Assembly (NCBI GenBank): GCA_048013815.1
Contig: CM106586.1
Coordinates: 21,948,001 to 22,012,000, forward strand
Direction of reading: 5' to 3'
Source: Setoptus koraiensis
Lineage: Eukaryota; Animalia; Arthropoda
Length of the DNA: 64,000 bases
How positions within the stretch are numbered: position 1 is the first letter of the stretch; every line of letters begins with the position of its first letter. The notes beneath the pieces were generated by a model. That model was not told where the DNA came from. It searched no databases and worked only from the letters and a program-made list of their open reading frames with translations. A program made the translations under genes and the position numbers. Below are positions 1 to 9,500 of the stretch, piece by piece.

Positions 1-1
1 A

Positions 2-1762
2 GACTCTAGGGCCTCCAGAAGTTTAGACATTTTACCAGATCCGAAGCTACAGACAAGTAGGAAATATGCCTCCGTTTATTCGGTTCTCAATCAATGCCGC
101 ACATTGTGCGGCCAAAAACTTCTCATGTACTGGATCAAGAGGCCATTGATTGATCGGGTCCGAATAGAGAAACGACAAAATATAGTACAGTACCTCATAG
201 AAGATTCGGCTATCCGCCAATCTTGTCATGAAAATTTTCTCAGAAAGATGCCCGATCTACTAAAGATAGCCCATAACTTTGAAAAGCTAAAGGCCACCCT
301 CACGGATATGGTCAAAGTGGACAGAGCACGCACAATGATGCTCAGCGTAATAGAACGACTGGAAGAAAACTCCGACAATCTACCAGTGGATGTTCAAGAG
401 CTTTTGAACGCTATGAAAATATGCGTGAATAACCTGCAGAGTTTTTCCGAGCTTGTTGAGACCACCATCGATGCAGACAAGCTAGATCCAAACGGAAATT
501 TTATGATCAAGTCAGACTTTGATGAGGATATAGCCAGAATATCAATTGAAATCAATGCCAAAGAAACCGAAGCCAAATCTATTCTGAAAAACGCCGCTAG
601 AGATCTTGATCTAGAATATGATAAATCTATCAAACTAGAAACCGACCTATCGGTGGGATTCGCTCTTAAGGTCACCAGGAAGCAAGAGCAGGTATTAAGA
701 GGAAGAGAAGATGATTATCACCCCCTGTCAAATGCAAAAAAAGATGGCGTCCGATTTACCTGCAAAGCATTGAGCCGCTTAAGCGATGACTATATAAATC
801 TCCACAGAGAGTACAACAAAGCTTCCGAAGAAATCGTATTACAGATTCTCGAAACTGCTGCAGGTCACAAAGAACCAATCAGGAGTTTCGGTGTCACGGT
901 GGCAATCTTGGATGTTTTCGTTTCTATGGCTGTCGTATCTTTCCAGAATGACTACGTTAGACCGAAAATTTTAGACAAAGGCGCTGGAAAAATAGTGATT
1001 GAAAGAATGAGACATCCCTGTCTAGAGAATCAACCAGATATAGAAAATTTTGTAGCTAACGATATCATGTTCAACAAAGACGATAAGAAATTCTTCATTA
1101 TCACCGGCCCCAACATGGGTGGGAAATCGACCTTCATAAAGTCGGTGGCGGTTTGTGTGCTCATGGCACAACTAGGTTGCCATGTGCCAGCCAAAGAAGC
1201 CGAGATATCCATAGTGGACAGTATACTAACACGAATTGGAGCGGGTGATAGACAGCTACAGGGTATTTCTACTTTTATGGACGAAATGTTGGATATGGCC
1301 GAAATACTCAAGAATGCAACAAGTGATTCCCTTGTGATAATAGACGAGCTGGGCAGAGGTACTTCTACTTTCGAGGGTTTCGGTTTGGCTTGGAGTATAT
1401 CAGAGCGTTTGGCCAAAGAGATCAATAGTTACACTTTGTTTGCCACTCATTTTCACGAGTTGACAGAACTGGAGAACGAGATAAAGTCGGTAGGTAATTT
1501 GAACATATTGGCTCATTGTGACCAGGACAAGCTAGTGATGTTGTATTCAGTTGAACCGGGTGTCTGCAAAGAAAGTTACGGTATCAACGTGGCCAAATAT
1601 ACTAACTTCCCAGAGCATGTTGTTAACGCCGCTCAAGAAAAGCTACAACAGTTTGAGGAGATAGCGGGTTTCAAGTCGAAGGAGGATGTACGAAGTTGCG
1701 TAAAGAGGATCGCCAAGATGCATCTAGAGAAACAGGAACAGGTTAGCGCGAAAGTCATTTAG
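2..1762 (+). CDS. MSH2: DNA mismatch repair protein MSH2, 5'-partial (frame open from position 2; start lies upstream of the window)
   Basis: MutS ATPase motifs IITGPNMGGKSTF, DSILTRIGAGD, STFMDEM, IIDELGRGTST, LFATHFHELT; upstream LNQCRTLCGQKLLMYWIKRPL and F-E-G-F-G-L-A-W match the MSH2 subfamily. No introns in the visible part. Confidence 0.93.
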   Translation, partial: DSRASRSLDILPDPKLQTSRKYASVYSVLNQCRTLCGQKLLMYWIKRPLIDRVRIEKRQNIVQYLIEDSAIRQSCHENFLRKMPDLLKIAHNFEKLKATLTDMVKVDRARTMMLSVIERLEENSDNLPVDVQELLNAMKICVNNLQSFSELVETTIDADKLDPNGNFMIKSDFDEDIARISIEINAKETEAKSILKNAARDLDLEYDKSIKLETDLSVGFALKVTRKQEQVLRGREDDYHPLSNAKKDGVRFTCKALSRLSDDYINLHREYNKASEEIVLQILETAAGHKEPIRSFGVTVAILDVFVSMAVVSFQNDYVRPKILDKGAGKIVIERMRHPCLENQPDIENFVANDIMFNKDDKKFFIITGPNMGGKSTFIKSVAVCVLMAQLGCHVPAKEAEISIVDSILTRIGAGDRQLQGISTFMDEMLDMAEILKNATSDSLVIIDELGRGTSTFEGFGLAWSISERLAKEINSYTLFATHFHELTELENEIKSVGNLNILAHCDQDKLVMLYSVEPGVCKESYGINVAKYTNFPEHVVNAAQEKLQQFEEIAGFKSKEDVRSCVKRIAKMHLEKQEQVSAKVI

Positions 1763-1868
1763 GTCTATCAAGAGAGAAAGAAAATGGTTAAATGCTCTCA
1801 GAGGTTTGTTTGTGCCTTTGCTATGGATCTCTGCCACTAATAAAGAACATCTGAGTGGTTATTTTATT

Positions 1869-2129
1869 TTAAAGATTTATTTGAAAATCCTGTTCATTAG
1901 TGTCACAACTATTACTATTATTATTATCAATCACATTTGCCAAATATTTAATATACTCTATAACGCCTCTGATAACCTTGAGTTTGGTTAGCTTCTTGTC
2001 TCTTTGCATATCTGGTACCATCTCTTGTAGTCTTAACAACAATTCTTTCTCTTTGAAGCGAGACTGATTGGTGTGAGTATTCCTGCGTATTGTCTTTGGT
2101 TTAGTTGCTGTAGTGTCTTTAGGAGCCAT
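1869..2129 (-). CDS. Small HLH protein, Id/extramacrochaetae-like (no canonical basic region), 86 aa
   Basis: RLQEMVPDMQRDKKLTKLKVIRGVIEYIKYL resembles the Emc/Id HLH (KLKDLVPxMPxNRKLTKLEIIQHVIDYIxDL); good start context AAACATC-ATG-G. Confidence 0.7.
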   Translation of the reverse strand: MAPKDTTATKPKTIRRNTHTNQSRFKEKELLLRLQEMVPDMQRDKKLTKLKVIRGVIEYIKYLANVIDNNNSNSCDTNEQDFQINL

Positions 2130-4047
2130 GATGTTTATACACAGAATATGGCGCAGCGTCTTCAGTCTCTCTAGTCACTAGATTCTAGTGTCTGTACGGA
2201 TGATGGGCGCCTCCTGGTCGCCTGGCTGTCTGATAGTGAGAGTATGTGTGTGTTTGTGTGAATCAAGTTTTGAGATGGTCAACAGGTGACGGTGGCCAAC
2301 TACAAACACAGTAGAATGTTATATGTCAACGACCATGACTATGTTTTATTGGTGGTAATAATATAATAATAAATAGTAAAATTGATTGATCATTTACGCT
2401 CATTGACATGTGTAAAGTGCACTAAAAGTGTGTGATTGGTTGCACGTTGCAGTCGTCTTGTTAGCTAGCATCGTTGAACGATGCACCTGAGATGCTGTTG
2501 CACTTGAGTAACTGACCAGATCGCTAGGTGGCCACACACGTTCAGGCTATACTAGGCCGTAATAGTCAGGATAGGATGTTAGGCGGCACTCATGTCGTTT
2601 GTCAGCACAACAATCAGCGCACGGATAGGCGCACTAGTGAGGTTAGGCTACACGCGTGTTATGCCTTCAACAACGACCGGCCTGTTGCTGTCACCTGTTG
2701 AGGCAAATGATGTTACGCCGACGTTCAACGACCATTAATGAATTTATTTCATTGATTGACGAGTCTCAATTGCTATTCTATAACAGGGTATGAGTGCCGG
2801 CTCACAGATATGGCAACAACTATTAGTCGCTGCAACCACATAGGTCGCCTTATCACGTTTAGGTGTGTTTGTGTGCAACAGACGAATGTGCAGTGGGTGC
2901 GTTTGTCAAAATATGATCGCATGTGTTGTGGTCGCCTTCGTGAAGACTTTCCCAAGCCAAACTTTCGCCTAATACGCATGCTCGCCGTAATGAAGGGCGC
3001 GAACTGGAAGTCATTTGAATAGCCAGCCGACCAATTTCGTAATTACATTACAATCAAAGTTTAAGTTTGACATCAATGATAGTCATGGCGAGTTTTGGTG
3101 ATGCTCTCTCAATGGCTGTTCAGTTTGTTGAAATACCTCATTATCCATCTGGGACTAGTGTTGTCCGGATGGACTGGATCACAACAATTGCCATGATACT
3201 GTGTGCTTAACCTGTTGACGTAATCAAGCAGATCATCTACGCCAGATACAATTTCAAGTGTGATCGTATCACAGATGAAAGCCCACAAATGCGTTAAGAC
3301 AATACTTCTAGATTGCTCAATCATAACGACAACAACAACAACAATAATTAACTGCTTGCTCTCGCTAGATAATGTCGAGTGCAGCAAGCGAATGTACTAA
3401 TGTCGCTATGTGGCGCCAACCAATTTTACATTTATCTATCTATTGAGTGGTTTGCATATCGTGTAGATATATTATTGATGAATATTGATAGTCCTACAAC
3501 ATTCTGATAATATATATAAATAAATATATATAAACGTATATATGCACGCCACTGTACATTAGCAGTTGTTTTGTTGATTAAAATTGTTTTTATTGTTCTG
3601 ATAATAATCTCTTGAAAGTTGCCTCGGTGTATCATTACGTATTTTGCGCATGCTTCTACGCGACCTTTGACTGTCATTGAGGTGAAGAGGGAAAATCGGA
3701 TTTGTACTCTGCAGTAGAAAGCAATCATCATAATAATCTAGTCATATGTGATAACTATTTTGATAGATAGTACATAGTAGTAGCGCTAACAAGACATAGT
3801 GTAGTTGCTTGTAGCAAGCTCATTGTGACACTTGATTAGTATAGTCCATGATCAGCCTCTGTTATTATTATTATTCTTGTTATTCTTATTATCTAAGTAT
3901 TCTATTCTTTAACCTATTCAACCACTTTTATATTAGCCAAAACCGCCACAGTCATCAAAGCCACCAATATCATCAGTATTTAACCAATCAAATTCCTTTA
4001 TAAACCACAGAACCTAAAGTGAAACAGTTAAAAAACAGCCAAACAAA

Positions 4048-6249
4048 ATGGCCCATCAACTCACTAGAGGCATGTCAAAGCGCTTCTACCGCTTTGAATC
4101 TCTCGCCGACCAGTTAGATACACAATTGGTAATTAGTAATCCAAACGTTTGGTGTTTCGAAGTCTCGTTTGAGGTGGCCAACAAAGGTAAGTGTTTATTG
4201 TTATACATCGCATGCTCTTATCTTATTCATTTCTCATCATGCCTTTGTATCCTAACACACAGCTCACCGATAACCTTGTTTACCCTTTCACACGACTTGA
4301 ATATAACATCTTCAGTGGGTGGTATATTCACAGTGATAAAAACAAAAGCTCAAGTCACAACAGAGGAGTTGGGTAAACAATATATACTAGTGGGCCCCTT
4401 CAATGAGCGTTATGTCCAAACAGAGGTCGAGGTGAAAGAGCCCAAAGAAGCCATTTTTAGGGACTCAATCAAGTCTATGAGAGATCAGGGTGTCAGAGTA
4501 GTCTATGGTACCTGGCTAATTGATGGTGCACCGGACGTTCTTCTATTTGATATTGGTTCGGCCTCATGGAAGCTAGACGAATGGAAGCACGACTTTTGGA
4601 ATGTATGCAACATAGGTGTTCCACACCCGGACAAAGAGTCTAATGATGCCATTATATTTGGTTATATGGTAAGCTGGTTTTTAGAAGAGTTCTACAGGAG
4701 AGTAGAGGAGGAACGCGGCCAACCATTGATTGTGGCACAATTCCATGAATGGATGGCGGCTATTGCGTTAATATTAATAAGGATTCGCCATTTGGATATC
4801 GCCACCATCTTCACAACACACGCCACTTTATTAGGTAGGTATTTATGTGCTGCCAATGTAGACTTTTACAACAATCTAGATAAATTTGAGACAGACAAAG
4901 AAGCGGGCGATCGTCAGATTTATCACAGGTACTGTATAGAGCGAGCTGCGGCTCATTCCGCTCACGTTTTTACCACTGTATCTGAGATAACGGCCATGGA
5001 ATCAGAGCATCTTTTAAAAAGAAAAAATGATATCGTTACGCCAAATGGCTTGAACGTGAGAAAATTCGCTGCATCGCACGAGCACCAAAACTTGCACTCT
5101 ATAGCCAAAGAGAAGATACATAATTTTGTTAGAGGTCACTTCCATGGACACTATGATTTCGACTTGGACAAAACATTATACTTTTTCATAGCTGGTCGTT
5201 ATGAATATAGCAACAAAGGAGCCGACATGTTCATAGAGTGCTTAGCTCGACTCAACCATGCACTTAAATCAGCAAACTCAGACAGAACAATTGTCGCCTT
5301 CTTAATTATGCCAGCCACCACAAACAACTTTAACGTTGAGTCTCTACGCGGACAAGCTATTGCTAAACAATTACGCGAGACCGTTAATCAAGTCCAAGAG
5401 GCCATTGGCAAACATATTTTTGAGCGCTGTTTAGCTGGACAAATACCCAATGGAGATGAATTAATAACAGACGATTTAATGGTTAAATTAAAACGCTGCA
5501 CCTATACTATACAACGATCAACTGGCCTACCTCCAATATGTACTCACAATATGATTGATGATGGTAAAGATCCAATACTCAACAAATTTCGAGAATGTCA
5601 TTTATTTAACCACCGTCACGATCGTGTCAAAGTGGTCTTTCATCCAGAATTTTTGTCTTCACCGGAAACTAATCCATTGTTTAACATGGATTATGAGGAA
5701 TTTATACGCGGTTGTCATCTGGGCGTCTTCCCATCATACTATGAACCATGGGGTTACACCCCGGCGGAATGCACCGTAACTGGTATTCCATCGATTACAA
5801 CAAATTTGTCTGGCTTTGGGTGTTTCATTGAAGAACAAGTGGCTGACCCAATGAGTTATGGTGTGTATATAGTGGATAGAAGATTCAAAAGTATTGAGGA
5901 ATCAATGAAACAAATGACTCAATATATGTATGATTTCGCTTCATTGACAAGACGTCAGCGTATCATTCAACGTAACCGTACCGAGCGTTTGAGTGATCTG
6001 TTGGATTGGCGCAACCTGGGCGTCTACTATCGTCAAGCTCGTAGGATGGCCTTGCAACGACTTCATCCCGAGCTATTCGATGAAGAATCGTACCGAATAG
6101 TGCCACAACGTATGCAAATGAGGTATCCCAGGCCTGTAAGTGAGCCGACATCCCCCTCTTTGAGTAGAGCATCCACGCCTGCACCTTCACAACCTCCCAG
6201 TGATGAAGACACCGATGATGAGCCAGAAGATTACCGAACCTTGAGTTAA
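4048..6249 (+). CDS. GYS: Glycogen synthase; exons 4048-4186 and 4316-6249 (690 aa spliced). The supplied 733-aa ORF reads through a 129-nt intron
   Basis: [64 protein letters not shown]; C-terminal GSK3/CK2 cluster [17 protein letters not shown]...SDED. Removing GTAAGT(4187)...TTCAG(4315) restores the conserved ANKVGG. AATAAA at 6295-6300. Confidence 0.96.
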   Translation: MAHQLTRGMSKRFYRFESLADQLDTQLVISNPNVWCFEVSFEVANKGKCLLLYIACSYLIHFSSCLCILTHSSPITLFTLSHDLNITSSVGGIFTVIKTKAQVTTEELGKQYILVGPFNERYVQTEVEVKEPKEAIFRDSIKSMRDQGVRVVYGTWLIDGAPDVLLFDIGSASWKLDEWKHDFWNVCNIGVPHPDKESNDAIIFGYMVSWFLEEFYRRVEEERGQPLIVAQFHEWMAAIALILIRIRHLDIATIFTTHATLLGRYLCAANVDFYNNLDKFETDKEAGDRQIYHRYCIERAAAHSAHVFTTVSEITAMESEHLLKRKNDIVTPNGLNVRKFAASHEHQNLHSIAKEKIHNFVRGHFHGHYDFDLDKTLYFFIAGRYEYSNKGADMFIECLARLNHALKSANSDRTIVAFLIMPATTNNFNVESLRGQAIAKQLRETVNQVQEAIGKHIFERCLAGQIPNGDELITDDLMVKLKRCTYTIQRSTGLPPICTHNMIDDGKDPILNKFRECHLFNHRHDRVKVVFHPEFLSSPETNPLFNMDYEEFIRGCHLGVFPSYYEPWGYTPAECTVTGIPSITTNLSGFGCFIEEQVADPMSYGVYIVDRRFKSIEESMKQMTQYMYDFASLTRRQRIIQRNRTERLSDLLDWRNLGVYYRQARRMALQRLHPELFDEESYRIVPQRMQMRYPRPVSEPTSPSLSRASTPAPSQPPSDEDTDDEPEDYRTLS

Positions 6250-6331
6250 ACTCGTGATAAAGTATACCCAGTATCCATCAGCTTATTGTTATAAAATAAA
6301 TAAGATTAAGTTTTAAAATCGTGGTTTAATT

Positions 6332-6413
6332 TTTATTCGGTTAAGAATTATTTCAATCACATTCCTTTTTTTACGGTATGTACAATTTTTAAGGCAAAAG
6401 AAAACAAATCATT
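6332..6413 (-). promoter_or_regulatory. EGFR-A 3' UTR cassette: Pumilio element TGTACATA (6384-6377), K-box core TGTGAT (6361-6356), AATAAA (6337-6332)
   Basis: Motifs read directly; same order and spacing in the EGFR-B 3' UTR. Confidence 0.6.
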
Positions 6414-6509
6414 AAAACTTAGTGCCAGTGACATGTTGCGAATAACAAACTCGAGCGCTGTGATAATGTCGTTGAGATGATGAGTGAATTTTATCATCAA
6501 CTTGAGATC

Positions 6510-9500
6510 TCATACAGCGGTCTCATCGGGTTTGGTATAGGAGTTTGAGTCGCTAATATGCTCGCTTGATGACAAATCGTCGCTGGTTGATCTCTTGGAG
6601 TATTGATCAATCGGTGTGTGCTGTTGATAGTAGTTATTGTATTTCATGTGATACTCAGGATTGTTGACTCCGTTGATGTCCATTGAAATGATGTTCATCA
6701 TGTAGTTGGGATCAACAAAATTTACTGATGGTAAAATGTAATCATCGTCATCCACAGGTAAATTGAGATCATCGGTGGGTTGTGCAGTGAGGGGCGTTCT
6801 CGGATAAAGGATCTCGTGGTTGTTGTAAAAATCGAAATCACTGAGAAACCTTTTTCCGTCTTGATATGGCAATGTATCGAAATTAGGCACAGATGGGTTA
6901 TGATTACTGTAACTGCTAGCATTCTTGTTGTAATTATTAATATCATCAACAGAGAAGGTGAAGTTTTGAATCTCGCAATTCTTAGGCTTCCTTGGCGACT
7001 TGACGAAATCGAATGCCATATTAACACATGGTGTCAGGGGATATGGTAAATCGTTCGAACGTCTTTCCGTAGGAGAATTCATGCTATCACCTAGTTGTGG
7101 GTAGTTTGCGAAACGTTTTAACCTGTCACCCGGTATCACTAAATATCGCAATGGATCACGAGAGTACTTTTTGAAACTATCAACTAGATCAACAAACGAT
7201 GGCCTGTCTTCTGGTTGCACCATCCAGCAGCTAGTCATTGTGAGAAAGACGTCGATGCTAGCGTACTCTGGTTGCGTCAATCTTCCACCACCAATCACAA
7301 ACTTGGGAACTTCATATGCCTTCATATCATGATACGGCAGTTTTCCATAGGTTAACAACTCCCACACAGTAACACTGAATGCCCAAACGTCGCTCTTGTG
7401 AGTAAATATCCTCATCTGCAAGCATTCTGGCGCGAGCCATCTCACTGGCACCTCACCTCCACTTGATCGATATTCGCCTTCATTAGTTTCCAAAAGTTTT
7501 GCTAATCCAAAATCGGTTATTAATACACGTCCAGGTTGTTGCACAAGCACATTTCGAAGCGCCAAGTCTCGGTGAACAATTTTACTTGCTTCCAGGTATG
7601 CCATACCCTCCGCGATCTGTACGCACCATTTGAGTAGATATTCAGAATTGATGCATTCCTTGTGTTTCTCATCCCTAACAAATTCCGCCAAACATCCTAG
7701 CGGCATCAGCTCTGTGACTAGCATTAATCTAGATGTCATACATAAGCCTAGTAACTTAACTAAATTTGGATGATTGACACTGGCCATCAATTTAGCTTCC
7801 TCTAAGAAATCTTTGTTCATGTTAGGCTGAGCTCCATCTCGCAATACTTTAATGGCTACAGGACGAAAGTTTGACTTGTTCTCGAACCATTGTCCTTGAT
7901 AAACAATACCACCAAAGCCCTCGCCCAGTTTTTTACCCTCTCTTAGTTCGCATTCCTGGATGATTCTCAACTTAGCTAAATTCGGCTCAATGTTTGATGG
8001 CTGTAAGGGATCGTTATCGTCGAATCCGCTCATTCTCATCGTCAGTTTTGCTGTGTGCTCCTCAGATCTTACCCTCTGACACTTGTATGCAAAAAATAAG
8101 ACTAGCGATACTATAATTAAACTCAACGTCATGGCAATACCTTGTGATGTGCTTACGGTATGATCAGATACGAGGAGTTCAGAGATCGATTTGTCTTTGT
8201 CGGAGCAATAAGGATCCTCAACATTTACTATAACCCTGAATGGTTTACTTTTGGGGCACTGTTCTGTGCAATTGAACTCTGATCCTGAATCCGGTCCTGA
8301 GCCATGGAAGACTTTGAATTGCCTGCACGCCAAACAATCTGCATCAGTTGGTCCTGTGCATCCGTTACAGCTATAAGAACACTGAGAGCACTTTTTACCA
8401 TTAGGATAATGATCCCTCGGACATTGGTCCTCACATTGTTCAAAGACTTCATATTTTGCACACTCGCAAACAGACGTGTGAATGCCCATCGCTGTGCATG
8501 TCTTACATCGGTGATGACATTTACGACAATTATTGTGTTCTAAATAGTATCCAGTCGGGCATTGGTCCTCTGATTTAATGCAATAATCTGTAACACTGGG
8601 GTCGGTCGAACTAATGATGGCTTTTTGGCATGAGTTACAACCGTGAGGTCCAAGCCTGTTGAGTGGGCCAGTGCAGCCTCTCTCGGCAGCGCAACTCTCG
8701 TGACAAGCCTCACAAGATTTCGATGAATTGCTATATTTGGAAACGGGGCATACTTGTACGCAAAAAGGTCCATCTCGAACGTTCTTGCATTTTTTACAAT
8801 CCGCTGAAGTTGGTCCGTGGCATCCGTTCGCACATTCTTCGTGACATCTCTGGCAAGTATTATTACCGGCATCATATGAACTGATTTGATTTGTTTCGCA
8901 GTCCCTCACACAATGCCCATCATCAAGCTTGAAGTTTTTACATGATAAGCATTCGTCAGATTTAGGTCCCCAGCACCCGTCTCGAGAGCATTGCTCATGG
9001 CAAACAAGGCCTTGGTTTTTACATCGTATCGGATCTGCATTGAGTTTAACTGCGACTTCGCGTGGAAAATCAGAGTTACCTTGAGTTAGCCTGGTCCAAT
9101 TGATTGCTGAAGCGAAACATAGATCCGGATTCTCGACAATTGCTACTTTTCCAGATCGAATGTGTTTTAGAGATCGCAAATTTAGTGACACCAACGATGT
9201 CTTCAATATGTTCAAAGTTGTCAGCATATCGGTAGTTTGGCGTCCGCCAATTGTCACTAGGTTTTGAAAGCACGATAAGTTTTTAAAGTCTGAGTGGTTT
9301 GCCTGTATATTGAGAAATCCAGTAATACTTTTCAGAGTATTGAAAACCTCTAATTTTGAAGGATGCAATGGAGGATATCTAGCTCCCAGAGTCATGTTGG
9401 GATAAACTTCTGTGTAACCATTAAATGAGGTGTCCAATATGGTGATGGATCCCTCGATTTGTGTGCAGTTTCTAAAAGATTCTATGTTGCCTGAGTGTAC

